A DNA stretch of 64,000 bases, taken from positions 4,352,001 through 4,416,000 of the forward strand of contig OZ253462.1 of the NCBI GenBank assembly GCA_965261395.1, given 5' to 3'. Under the pieces are notes generated by a model, which was not told the DNA's origin, searched no databases, and saw only the letters and a list, made by a program, of their open reading frames with translations. Below are positions 1 to 8,829 of the stretch, one piece after another. The position numbers were made by a program, and so were the translations under genes. Source of the stretch: Candidatus Latescibacterota bacterium. Its GTDB lineage: Bacteria > Latescibacterota > UBA2968 > UBA8231. The stretch's first letter is position 1; every line of letters starts with the position of its first letter.

Positions 1-549
1 GGCGATTTGTTCAACTTGCTCTAGCAGGTCCTGAATCAGGGAACTGCGGCTAACAATCTGATAGCGCTGACCTAGCTGGGTCCGGTAAAAGGTGTTGTCG
101 CGGCCCAAGGTCTCGTTCTCGGCCTTGAGGCGGGCGTTTTCGCGCAATACCGCCAACATCCGCTCGACCTTTTCCATCTCCACTTCGAGCTTGTCCTCAA
201 CGTACAAGTCCTTCTCGATAAAATCCGCCGCCCCGGCCTGCACCGCTTCGACCGCCAAGTCAACGCTTCCCTTGCCCGTGAGAATGATAACCGGCAGCTC
301 GGCCCACTGCTTTTTGATCTCTTTCAACACTTCGAGGCCATTGGGCTGGCCAGCGCCAAAGTCAAAGTCCAGCACCACAAGTTCGACGTCCATCGGCCTA
401 GCGGCTAGATGCCCGAGCAACCGCTGGCCATTGGAAAACGAGATGACTTCCTTGCCCAAACTGCGCAGCTTCTCCGCCAACATCTCGCGCAATTCCCGCT
501 GGTCATCGGCGATTAAGACGGCTTTCTGTTTTTTGCCTACCATGACCAT
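1..549 (-). CDS. NtrC-family (sigma-54) response regulator, N-terminal part; runs off the left edge
   Basis: Manual translation (not in the ORF track): MVMVGKKQKAVLIADDQ...VVLDFDFG...PNGLEVLKEIK...LPVIILTGKGSVDLAVEAVQAGAADFIEK is a receiver domain, followed by a coiled coil and YQIVSRSSLIQDLLEQVEQIA, the usual entry into a sigma-54 AAA+ domain. In-frame ATGs at 543, 549 and 555. Confidence 0.85.
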   Translation of the reverse strand, partial: MVMVGKKQKAVLIADDQRELREMLAEKLRSLGKEVISFSNGQRLLGHLAARPMDVELVVLDFDFGAGQPNGLEVLKEIKKQWAELPVIILTGKGSVDLAVEAVQAGAADFIEKDLYVEDKLEVEMEKVERMLAVLRENARLKAENETLGRDNTFYRTQLGQRYQIVSRSSLIQDLLEQVEQIA

Positions 550-571
550 CCTCATTCAATTCACTGAAAGG

Positions 572-1927
572 CTAGGTCTGACCGCCCGCGAAATTGAGCG
601 GCAGATCGAGCCGAAAAACGGTCCCATGTCCCTTTCTGCTCTTGACGCGCAGCACGCCCTGGTGGGCTTGGGCGATGCGGCGCGCAATGCTCAAGCCATA
701 GCCATTGCCCCGCTCCCTAGTGGTAAATCCAGGCTCGAATATCAATTCCAAATGCTCTTCCTCAATGCCTGGCCCATCGTCCTCGACCTCAATAAAGACC
801 AGCGACTGCTCCCCGTCGTAGCCAGCACCCACCACCACTTGGCCACCACGTCCTTCTTCGAGGATTTCCAACGCGTTGAGGCAGAGGTTAGTAATGGCCT
901 CGCGCAGCATCCGCTCGTCGGCCTCTACGCGCGGCAAGCCCTCTTGGACCCGCGTCTGGATCGTGGATTTCCAAGTCTGTCGGCCAAACCCAGCGGCCAC
1001 CCTGCGCACCAAGCTCCCGAGATCGACCACCGCCGGGTGGATTTTATCCGTTTTCATCGCTTCCAAGAACCCCACCCACTCGTCGTACAGAGCCTCGTAT
1101 TCGCCCCCTAAGCGATTCAACTCCCCCCGCTGCGCCTCTTCGGCCTTGCGCCCTAACCCTCGCAAGCGGCTGCCGATGATCCCCATCAGATTCTTGATGC
1201 GATGCCCCTTCGTGTAAAACCCCTCGTACACCTGCTCCTTTCCCAGCTCGACCATTTCCAGCGACAGACGAGCGAGGACTTGTGGAGCGCTTTGCTCAAA
1301 TTCCTCGCAGATGTGCTGGTATTCTTGTTCTAATTCAGGGGGTTTTACATGGCGAAAAAACAAACGGGCCAAATTCGCGTACGGCTGACTGAGCTTGGGG
1401 TCGAGCTGGATGGCTACCTTGAATTCCCCCATCGCCCCCAACACTTGGCCGCCTTGTAGCAAAAGCTGACCCAAGCTGTTGTGCCCAACCGCCGAAAGCG
1501 GGTTGAGCGCCAGCCCCTGGCGGAACGCGCCGATGGCTTCTCCACGCCGCTGCGGATCTTCGTTGTATTGACTGCCAAGAGCGAAAAAGACGCGATCGAG
1601 AGCTGGGTATTCGCGCCCTTCCTCGGCCGCGCGCACGATGGCCTCAAAGTGAGTCAGCGACCGCTCGCGGAACCGGGCATTGCGCCGTCCTTGGCGCATT
1701 GCGAGCAAGCCGAGTTGGTAATGACTTTCTAGATGCCCGCTCTCCGCGGCCGCTTCCAGCGCTGTGATGCCCACTTGCTCATCCCCCAGTTCCAAGAGAC
1801 AAAGCCCTTTGCGATGCTGAAGCTCCAAGTCATCGGGCTCCTGCGCTAGGCCGCGCTCGCACCACTCCAGCGCCTCGGCCCAACGCGCACCTTCACAAGC
1901 CTCTACAGCGCGGTCAAGCCAATTCAC
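572..1927 (-). CDS. Soluble sensor histidine kinase with N-terminal TPR repeats
   Basis: TPR-like repeats over the first ~190 aa; H-box-like GHRIKN; N box EAITNLCLNA; G1 VEDDGPGI; F box IFEPGFTT; G2 GNGYGL. No hydrophobic TM stretch seen. Confidence 0.9.
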   Translation of the reverse strand: MNWLDRAVEACEGARWAEALEWCERGLAQEPDDLELQHRKGLCLLELGDEQVGITALEAAAESGHLESHYQLGLLAMRQGRRNARFRERSLTHFEAIVRAAEEGREYPALDRVFFALGSQYNEDPQRRGEAIGAFRQGLALNPLSAVGHNSLGQLLLQGGQVLGAMGEFKVAIQLDPKLSQPYANLARLFFRHVKPPELEQEYQHICEEFEQSAPQVLARLSLEMVELGKEQVYEGFYTKGHRIKNLMGIIGSRLRGLGRKAEEAQRGELNRLGGEYEALYDEWVGFLEAMKTDKIHPAVVDLGSLVRRVAAGFGRQTWKSTIQTRVQEGLPRVEADERMLREAITNLCLNALEILEEGRGGQVVVGAGYDGEQSLVFIEVEDDGPGIEEEHLELIFEPGFTTRERGNGYGLSIARRIAQAHQGVLRVKSRKGHGTVFRLDLPLNFAGGQT

Positions 1928-1930
1928 GGC

Positions 1931-2299
1931 CTAGCCTTGCTCTCGTTGTTCCTGGCGCTCCCAAGGTTTAGATTCTGCCCCGTCCATATGGTCAATCTTT
2001 TCGCTGAGAGCAATCATGACGTCCTGCACCTCGGTCAGCCGCTGCTCGACTGAGGCCAACCGCTCCCGCAGTGCGTCTGGCTCAATGCCCTTGTCCTCGG
2101 ATACAGTCGCCTTGAGCTTGAGGTATTCGGCAACTTTGGCGATGCCGAAAATCGCCACAGCGGCCAACAAGAGTGGCGTCAGAATGACGGGCCCCATCAG
2201 ACCGAAGGAGCTCGGGTGGCTGGGAAACGCAGAGAAAAAAAGAACACACAACGCGATACCAGCGAGGAATCCGAAGACGATCCCCTTATTCTTGTCCAT
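1931..2299 (-). CDS. Small membrane protein with C-terminal coiled coil (PspB-like), 2 TM
   Basis: Two hydrophobic segments then RERLASVEQRLTEVQDVMIALSEKID; RBS-like AAGGAG upstream; located in the pspA cluster. Confidence 0.7.
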   Translation of the reverse strand: MDKNKGIVFGFLAGIALCVLFFSAFPSHPSSFGLMGPVILTPLLLAAVAIFGIAKVAEYLKLKATVSEDKGIEPDALRERLASVEQRLTEVQDVMIALSEKIDHMDGAESKPWERQEQREQG

Positions 2300-2342
2300 G
2301 ATTAGCTCCTTTCCCTCTCTTCGATGGAATTAACTTTTTCAA

Positions 2343-2618
2343 TCAGCTCTTCTTCCCATCTGCCTTTTTCGTGCTCCAAGGTTTAGCTCCTACCCCGTCC
2401 ATGTAGTCGATCTTTTCGCTGAGGGCAATCATGACGTCCTGCACCTCGGTCAGCCGCTGCTCAACTCGCTCTAGCCGCTTGACGATCAAATCCTCTTCCT
2501 CTTTGGCTTTTTTGTCCCTTCGCTTGCGGCTCGAATAATACTTGTTGCCCCAATTGACCAATCCACTGCACAGGATGATGAGACATACGCCAATGGCGAC
2601 CTGCAAAAACCCATTCAT
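2343..2618 (-). CDS. Small membrane protein with C-terminal coiled coil (PspB-like), 1 TM; paralog of 1931-2299
   Basis: N-terminal TM, basic stretch, then RLERVEQRLTEVQDVMIALSEKID; GGAGGGAG RBS upstream. Confidence 0.7.
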   Translation of the reverse strand: MNGFLQVAIGVCLIILCSGLVNWGNKYYSSRKRRDKKAKEEEDLIVKRLERVEQRLTEVQDVMIALSEKIDYMDGVGAKPWSTKKADGKKS

Positions 2619-2721
2619 TTGCTCCCTCCCTGTCTGAGCCTATGCACGCGCCAGCCATGAGCACGTGCCATTGAATCGCTGCAAAAACCAGTTCACTTGA
2701 TCCCGCCTTTGCCTGTTTGTA

Positions 2722-3246
2722 TCAGGCGCTTTCGACGCCCCGACTCCAGTGTTTTTCGTGCGCGAAAAGCACTTCTGGAAAGCGATAGACGATCAGACCC
2801 GAATCGGTTATTTCGACCTCGACGAATCCCCCATCGGCCAAACGCTTGAGAATCTCCGAGGCTTCCTCGACCGTCAGCCCGGTATCGGCCGCCGCTTCGG
2901 TCACCGTCAGGCGGCCACTTCTCTTCTGAGCCAGACGCACCACGCGGTTTTGTTGACGGCGGTAGCGGACCAAATGCGCGGCTGCATCGAGCTTTTTGGC
3001 CAGTATCCAGAGCAAGCTGCCAAAAATGGTCTGGGTGACGCCAATGGCAAAAAACTCGAAATGGGAATCTGGACCATCGGCATGGAGGATTTGAAAAAGT
3101 CCGTAGAGCATAAACCCCAGCCCCATCGGCACCATCGGCACGGCCATTACCTTGAGAAAAAGAGCGCCTAGGCGCTTGAATCCCCCTTCCATAGCACTTC
3201 TTACCTCGCTTTTTGCCGCGTTGGGCGGTCTCATCGTCATAGCCAT
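2722..3246 (-). CDS. 2-TM membrane protein with C-terminal winged-helix-like cytoplasmic domain
   Basis: Two hydrophobic helices followed by GRLTVTEAAADTGLTVEEASEILKRLADGGFVEVEITDSGLIVYRF (wHTH pattern). Confidence 0.7.
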   Translation of the reverse strand: MAMTMRPPNAAKSEVRSAMEGGFKRLGALFLKVMAVPMVPMGLGFMLYGLFQILHADGPDSHFEFFAIGVTQTIFGSLLWILAKKLDAAAHLVRYRRQQNRVVRLAQKRSGRLTVTEAAADTGLTVEEASEILKRLADGGFVEVEITDSGLIVYRFPEVLFAHEKHWSRGVESA

Positions 3247-3293
3247 CAGTTCTCCGAATTCAGCAGTCGCACAACATGCTGCGGGCCATAGGG

Positions 3294-3968
3294 TTACTTA
3301 TCTTTTTTCATCTTGTCCTTTAAAGCCTTCAATTCGTCGTCAACGCTGTGATCTGCTTCGATTTGGCGGATCTCTTTCTCAACATCTTCCATCTCGCCCG
3401 AAATCTCTACGTGCGCGGCAGCTTCTGCCTCGCTCTCTTCGACTTTCTGCTCAAAGCGCTCAAAACTGGAAAAGGCGTCCTGACCCAACCCGGAAATGCT
3501 TTGGGCGAGACGCTTGCGGGCCTGGGCAGCTTGGTGGCGAGCGATCAACGTGCCCTGTCGGGTCCGTGCTTCTTCGAGCTTGGTCTTTAGCTCGCGTAAC
3601 TGCTCGCGCAATTGCTCGGCCGTCTGCCGACTCTCCTCCACGGCCGGAGCCAGATCCTCGGCCGCTTTGGCAAACACCGCTTTGCGCTCCAGCGCCCGTC
3701 GCGCCAGCACATCCTCGCCCGCTTCCACCGCCCGTTCGGCCTTGCGCTGCCATTCGGCTACCTGGCTTTGCTTGTCGTTGAACTGGCGCTCGAGCCGCTT
3801 GTGATTGGCCACAGCGGTCCCGACCGAGGCCGTGGCCTTGCCGACTGCCTCTTCCATGTCCCGCACCATTTGGCGGATCATCTTGTCCGGCTCTTCGGCC
3901 CGGTCGAGCATTTCGTTGATATTGGACTTGAGGATATCGCTTATCCTCGCAAAGGCTCCCTTAGCCAT
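3294..3968 (-). CDS. pspA: PspA/IM30 (Vipp1, ESCRT-III-like) family protein
   Basis: N-terminus FARISDILKSNINEMLDRAEEPDKMIRQ, LARRALERK, FERFEQKVEE, C-terminus VDDELKALK; all-helical, 224 aa. Confidence 0.95.
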   Translation of the reverse strand: MAKGAFARISDILKSNINEMLDRAEEPDKMIRQMVRDMEEAVGKATASVGTAVANHKRLERQFNDKQSQVAEWQRKAERAVEAGEDVLARRALERKAVFAKAAEDLAPAVEESRQTAEQLREQLRELKTKLEEARTRQGTLIARHQAAQARKRLAQSISGLGQDAFSSFERFEQKVEESEAEAAAHVEISGEMEDVEKEIRQIEADHSVDDELKALKDKMKKDK

Positions 3969-4017
3969 CGTACACCTTCCTTGATTGAGTGAAGCTTATC
4001 ATGCGTTATTCCTAACT

Positions 4018-4033
4018 TGCAAGAGCTGTGCCA
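4018..4033 (-). promoter_or_regulatory. Sigma-54 (-24/-12) promoter for pspA
   Basis: Minus strand reads TGGCAC-AGCTC-TTGCA, an exact match to TGGCAC-N5-TTGCA, about 50 bp upstream of the pspA start. Confidence 0.9.
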
Positions 4034-4110
4034 AAAATGCCAGCACATCCGTAATTTATTACAGCCCATTGTGTTATAGACAAAACATATATCGAATTAC
4101 CACTTGTTAA

Positions 4111-4155
4111 TGGCCAGATTCGCCACTTGACTGGCGTCATTGGCCATTTTCGCTC
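4111..4155. promoter_or_regulatory. Candidate enhancer (UAS) sites for a sigma-54 activator
   Basis: TGGCCAGATTCGCCA (4111) and TGGCCATTTTCGCTC (4141) are repeated with a 30-bp period, 80-120 bp upstream of the -24 box, with an AT-rich tract in between. Confidence 0.5.
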
Positions 4156-4194
4156 CTTTAGTTATTATAACAAATCTTCAAAAAGGATCGTGCC

Positions 4195-5637
4195 ATGGCC
4201 AATCCATTGGTCTTGATCGGCTTGGGTGTCTATCTCGCGGTGATGCTCGGCGTTGGCCTATACGCTGGCCGCCGCGTCCGCAACTCGACCGACTTCATCG
4301 TCGCCGGCCAACGCCTGCCCCTGTTGCTCTGTACCGCAACCCTCGCAGCAACATGGTTTGGCGGTGGAATCTGCATTGGCGCTGCAAGTGCTGCATATAA
4401 GGGCGGCATCCTCGCGGTCATTGCCGACCCTTTTGGCGCGGCTTTGTGCCTGTTCCTCGCCGGCCTCTTTTACGTGCGGATGATGCGGCGCATGGGTTTG
4501 ATGACGATCGCATCCTTTTTTAGCCGCCGCTTCGGCCCTCGGGCGGGCCTACTGGCCAGCCTTTGCACCATTCCCGCCTATGTCGGCTGGACGGGCTCGC
4601 TCTTGGTGGCCTTTGGGCGAATCCTGCAGAGCCTCACCGGCATCGATCCCGCCATCGGCATCTGTGCAGCCGCAGTCATCGTGCTGATCTACACTTGGGC
4701 CGGCGGCATGTGGGCCGTAACGCTAACCGACTTTATCCAAGTGACCGTCCTCATACTCGGGTTGTTTATTTTGACGCCGATTCTCCTCGGCGACATGGGC
4801 GGCTGGAAGGCCCTCGTCGCTCAAATTCCGGCCTCCCGCTTCGATTTCTACCCTCGCGGCGACGCGACCAGTTGGTTGGCCTATGCGCGCGACTGGCTGG
4901 TCATCGGCCTCGGCAACCTAGCGGGCCAAGACCTAATCCAGCGCAGTCTTTCCAGCCGCGACGAAAAGGTGGCCTACCGCAGCGCGTACCTCGCTGGGCT
5001 GCTTTATATAACAGTCGGGCTATTGCCCGTTTTCCTCGGCATGGCGGGTGCGATCGTCCTCCCGGATTTGGCCGACCCCGACCTAGTTATGATGGCCCTC
5101 GCACTAAAGTACCTCCCGGATCTGGCCTTGGTCCTCTTTATGGGTGCCCTCGTCTCGGCCCTCCTGTCCAGCGCCGACAGTGCCCTCCTCGCTCCAGCGA
5201 GCGTCATTGGCTGGGACCTCCTGCGCTTTTTCAAACCCGACGCTGAAGAGCGGTCGTCGCTGCGCGTGACGCGCTGGTCCGTCCTCTTTTTGGGCGCGGT
5301 ATCTCTACTGTTGGCCCTCCGGACCGCTTCGGTGTACGATTTGATGGTCAACTCTTGGTCTGTGCTCCTCGCCTCGCTGTTCGTCCCGCTAACCGCTGGC
5401 TTGTGGTGGCCCAAAAGCAACGGCCCCGGGGCCTTAGCTTCCATAGGAGTCGGCCTGTGCACCTGGCAGATACTGAGGATGCTCTCCACGGATTTGCCGG
5501 CCGATCTTTTGGCCGTACCCTTTTCCGCCCTCGCCTTGGTAATCGTCAGCTTACTAACCCAGAAGCAGGCCCCGCCACAGCCCTTGCTCGATGCCGAGGG
5601 ACGCCCCCTGCCCTATAAAAACCGCTTGGGCATTTAA
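4195..5637 (+). CDS. Sodium:solute symporter (SSS) family protein
   Basis: About 13 TM helices; DFIVAGQRLP, ATWFGGG, YTWAGGMWAVTLTDFIQ, QDLIQR, SSADS motifs. Confidence 0.93.
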   Translation: MANPLVLIGLGVYLAVMLGVGLYAGRRVRNSTDFIVAGQRLPLLLCTATLAATWFGGGICIGAASAAYKGGILAVIADPFGAALCLFLAGLFYVRMMRRMGLMTIASFFSRRFGPRAGLLASLCTIPAYVGWTGSLLVAFGRILQSLTGIDPAIGICAAAVIVLIYTWAGGMWAVTLTDFIQVTVLILGLFILTPILLGDMGGWKALVAQIPASRFDFYPRGDATSWLAYARDWLVIGLGNLAGQDLIQRSLSSRDEKVAYRSAYLAGLLYITVGLLPVFLGMAGAIVLPDLADPDLVMMALALKYLPDLALVLFMGALVSALLSSADSALLAPASVIGWDLLRFFKPDAEERSSLRVTRWSVLFLGAVSLLLALRTASVYDLMVNSWSVLLASLFVPLTAGLWWPKSNGPGALASIGVGLCTWQILRMLSTDLPADLLAVPFSALALVIVSLLTQKQAPPQPLLDAEGRPLPYKNRLGI

Positions 5638-5716
5638 TCCCAAACTTGCTTGACAGGTAGAAGCGCACGCTTAACTTGTTGGAAACTTACCACACCACTT
5701 AAAGAGGAATTTGACC

Positions 5717-7126
5717 ATGAAGATGTACATCGCCGGAGACTGGGTTGATAAAGCCGCAACCATGGACGTCGTCAACCCCTATGACGGCTCGGTCATCGAC
5801 ACCGTCCCGAGGGGCGACGCCGCAGACATCGACCGCGCCATTGACTCGGCCGAGCGCGGCACCAAGGCCATGGCCGCAATGAGCGCCTATGAGCGCTACC
5901 AGATCATCCATCGAGCGGCAGATATAATGCTAGAACGGCTCGACGACCTAGGGCGCACGATTACCCTCGAAGAGGGCAAGGTCCTCGCCGAGGGCATGGG
6001 CGAAGCATCCCGTGCCCAAGAGACTATCGTCCTGTCTGCCGAGGAAGCCAAGCGCTTGACTGGCGAAACGCTCGACCTGAGCGGGGCCTCTAACGGGGCG
6101 GGTAAATTCGGCTTTACACTGCGGGTTCCCTGTGGTGTAGTAGCCGCCATTACGCCTTTTAACTTCCCGCTCAATCTCGTCTGCCACAAAGTCGGCCCAG
6201 CCCTCGCGGCCGGCAATGCGATCATCATCAAACCCGCCAGCGACACCCCACTTTCGGCACTCAAACTGACCGAGATTTTTATCGACGCGGGCCTGCCGGA
6301 GGAAGCCATTCAATGCGTCACAGGTTCGGGCGGCGTCATTGGCGACGCAATCAGTTCCAATCCCAAGGTCCGCAAAATCAGCTTTACCGGCAGCCGCGAT
6401 GTCGGCGAACACATCTGTCAGATCGCCGGCCTGAAGAAAGTGACGATGGAGCTAGGCTCCAACGCTCCGCTGATCGTCATGCCAGACGCCGATCTCGAAA
6501 AAGTCGCCGCCGCCACCGCCAATTCCGGCTTTGCCAACGCAGGCCAAGTCTGCATCTCGACTCAGCGAGTATTCGCCAGCAGCGAGGTGTACGGGGATTT
6601 TATCGACGCCCTCAAACCCGCCGTCGAAGCCTTAACGACCGGCAATCCCCTTGACGGCGACGTCAAGATGGGGCCAATGATCCGCGCCCAAGACGCCGAG
6701 CGCGTCGAAGCTTGGGTCCAAGAAGCCGTTGGATCTGGAGCCAGCATCGTCACCGGCGGCACCCGTGAGGGCACGATGCACGCCCCGACCATCCTAGCCG
6801 ATGTAGCACCCGAGATGAAGGTCTCCTGCGACGAGATTTTTGGGCCGGCGCTCGGCGTCAGCCGGATCGACGATATCGATCAAGCCATCGCCATGGCCAA
6901 CGACACCAACTATGGTCTCAGCGCCGCAATTTTCACCGAAAACCTCAACTGGGCCCTCCAGTTTGCCCAGCAGGTGGAATCGGGCAACATCCACATCAAC
7001 TGGGGTACTCAGTGGCGCGCCGATCTGATGCCCTATGGCGGCCTCAAGGAAAGCGGCATGGGCAAAGAGGGCCCCAAATACGCGATCGAGGAGATGACCG
7101 AAACCAAGATGGTCGTCATCCATTAA
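5717..7126 (+). CDS. NAD(P)-dependent aldehyde dehydrogenase
   Basis: ITPFNFP, KPASDTP, SFTGS, MELGSN, catalytic AGQVCIS, EIFGP, PYGGLKESG. ATG placed after the AGAGGA RBS; TTGACA at 5650 upstream. Confidence 0.95.
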   Translation: MKMYIAGDWVDKAATMDVVNPYDGSVIDTVPRGDAADIDRAIDSAERGTKAMAAMSAYERYQIIHRAADIMLERLDDLGRTITLEEGKVLAEGMGEASRAQETIVLSAEEAKRLTGETLDLSGASNGAGKFGFTLRVPCGVVAAITPFNFPLNLVCHKVGPALAAGNAIIIKPASDTPLSALKLTEIFIDAGLPEEAIQCVTGSGGVIGDAISSNPKVRKISFTGSRDVGEHICQIAGLKKVTMELGSNAPLIVMPDADLEKVAAATANSGFANAGQVCISTQRVFASSEVYGDFIDALKPAVEALTTGNPLDGDVKMGPMIRAQDAERVEAWVQEAVGSGASIVTGGTREGTMHAPTILADVAPEMKVSCDEIFGPALGVSRIDDIDQAIAMANDTNYGLSAAIFTENLNWALQFAQQVESGNIHINWGTQWRADLMPYGGLKESGMGKEGPKYAIEEMTETKMVVIH

Positions 7127-7145
7127 AAATCTCTGGCAACAACGC

Positions 7146-7190
7146 AAAAAGGGGGGACGCCCAGCCAGCGCGTCCCCCCTTTTTTATTTT
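7146..7190. terminator. Bidirectional intrinsic terminator
   Basis: AAAAAGGGGGGACGC...GCGTCCCCCCTTTTT stem with A/T tracts on both sides, between convergent genes. Confidence 0.9.
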
Positions 7191-7203
7191 TTCCCCGATC
7201 CTT

Positions 7204-8055
7204 TCAGGTCAACCCCAGCGACTCCAGAAACGCGACGCGAACCTGCCGCGTTATCGAACCCGGCGCACCATCGCCGATAACGGCATCATCAATCTGTACC
7301 ACCGGCATCGCCTCGGTAGCAGTACCGGCGAGAAAGACCTCTTCGGCTTCCTTAAATTGCTCCAGCGTGCAAAACTTTTCGTCGATGGGTATGCCGAGTT
7401 TGCGAGCCAAATCGAGAAGAATCCCCCTAGTGATACTCGGCAGGATATGAGGGCCAATAGGCGCTGTACACAATCGCCCCGCCTGTATGCAGAAAGCACT
7501 GGTCGAAGCCCCTTCGGTGACCCGACCTTCTGCATCGACCAGCAATGCCTCAAAAGCCCCCACTTGCGCCGCCGCCTGTTTGGCCAAGATGTTGGGCAGT
7601 AAGGCGATACTTTTGATATCGCAGCGCTTCCAGCGCAAGTCTTCGGTGCTAATGACCTCGACACCGCGGTCGTAGAGGTCCTGCGGTAGGCGATGCAATT
7701 CCTTAAACGTCATTACGACGGTGGGCGTGACCGAGACAGCGGGAAACTCGTGCCGCCTAGGGGCGACCCCGCGCGTAACTTGGATATAGACCAACGTCTC
7801 GCCAAAACCGCTCCGCTTAATGCCCTCCATCAGCTTGGCTCTAAGGCCATACTCGCAGATATCCAACGGCAAGTGCAGCGCTTCTAAGTTGCCTTGGAGG
7901 CGCGCCAAGTGCGGCTCTAAGGCATAGGGACACCCGCCGTAGGTCGCAACGACCTCATAGACGCCATCGGCGAACTGATAGCCCCGGTCCTCGACCGACA
8001 CCACGGCTTCCGCCAGTGGACAGAAGCGGCCATTGACATAGGCGACCTCAGGCAT
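7204..8055 (-). CDS. dat: D-amino-acid aminotransferase (class IV PLP)
   Basis: EDRGYQFADGVYEV, YIQVTRGVAPRRH, RCDIKSIALLPN, EGAST, ILPSITR. Confidence 0.85.
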   Translation of the reverse strand: MPEVAYVNGRFCPLAEAVVSVEDRGYQFADGVYEVVATYGGCPYALEPHLARLQGNLEALHLPLDICEYGLRAKLMEGIKRSGFGETLVYIQVTRGVAPRRHEFPAVSVTPTVVMTFKELHRLPQDLYDRGVEVISTEDLRWKRCDIKSIALLPNILAKQAAAQVGAFEALLVDAEGRVTEGASTSAFCIQAGRLCTAPIGPHILPSITRGILLDLARKLGIPIDEKFCTLEQFKEAEEVFLAGTATEAMPVVQIDDAVIGDGAPGSITRQVRVAFLESLGLT

Positions 8056-8064
8056 CTCCCCTCG

Positions 8065-8829
8065 CTAGCGTTTGGCGAGGGCCTGCCACAAGGCCCGATA
8101 ATAGCGCATCAGGCGCAGGGGCTCTGGACTTTCGGGGATTTCGGCGAGGCAATAACCTGAGTAGCCGCTCTGCCGCAGCAGAGTAAAGAGCCGCTCCCAC
8201 GGGTAATCGCTCCACAACTCGGTAATGTGGACCAAGGCAATGGCGTCCTGCAAGGAGGCGAAACTGCCGTCGATGGAGCCGTCGACGAGGTCCGTTGCAT
8301 TGGAGTTCCAGCAGACAAAGACGTTGTCGTGGTCGGCGTAGTCGATGATCTTGCGGATGTTGGCTGGATTCGAGGTCGTGCGGCCGTGGACCTCCAAGCG
8401 AATCTGCACCCCTAGGTCGCGGGCGAATTCGCCGCACTCGCGCAAGCTGACGCCGATCTGCTCCAAGGTCTGCTCAATGGGGATCCCTTTATCTACGTGT
8501 ACGTTGTTGGGGCGCACCTTGACTCCTCCGACCCCGAGATCATGGGCTAAGCGCACGTATTCTTTGGTCCCGTCGATGTGACTTCGGAGCACCTGCGGAT
8601 CGACGGCGTCGTATTCAAAGGCGCTGCCCAACCCTACCAACTCGACCGCCGAGTCGGCAAAGCGCCTTTTGACCTCGGCTCGTTCAGTAGCACTGAGGCC
8701 GACTTCGACCCCGTGGGCGTGCGTCGTCCGCAACTCAACTCCGGCAAAACCGGCTTCTTCGCAACGGGCAATCAGCGTCTCTAAATCCCAATCGCGGCCC
8801 AAATTGTAGGTCACCATGCCGAGCTTCAC
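8065..8829 (-). CDS. Sugar phosphate isomerase/epimerase (xylose-isomerase-like TIM barrel)
   Basis: GFAGVELRTTHAHG, IRLEVHG, VCWNS, VHITEL, LAEIP. Confidence 0.8.
   Translation of the reverse strand: MKLGMVTYNLGRDWDLETLIARCEEAGFAGVELRTTHAHGVEVGLSATERAEVKRRFADSAVELVGLGSAFEYDAVDPQVLRSHIDGTKEYVRLAHDLGVGGVKVRPNNVHVDKGIPIEQTLEQIGVSLRECGEFARDLGVQIRLEVHGRTTSNPANIRKIIDYADHDNVFVCWNSNATDLVDGSIDGSFASLQDAIALVHITELWSDYPWERLFTLLRQSGYSGYCLAEIPESPEPLRLMRYYRALWQALAKR

Noticed and set aside
92-1111. 339-aa plus-strand ORF, and similar long antisense ORFs (e.g. 38594-39553, 40439-41185, 58917-59699)
   Set aside because: They are shadows of clearly recognisable genes on the opposite strand, expected in GC-rich DNA, and carry no motifs.
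2650-2672. Possible second sigma-54 promoter (TGGCACG on the minus strand) before the PspB-like genes
   Set aside because: The GG-to-GC spacing is 11 rather than the required 10, so there is no proper -12 box.
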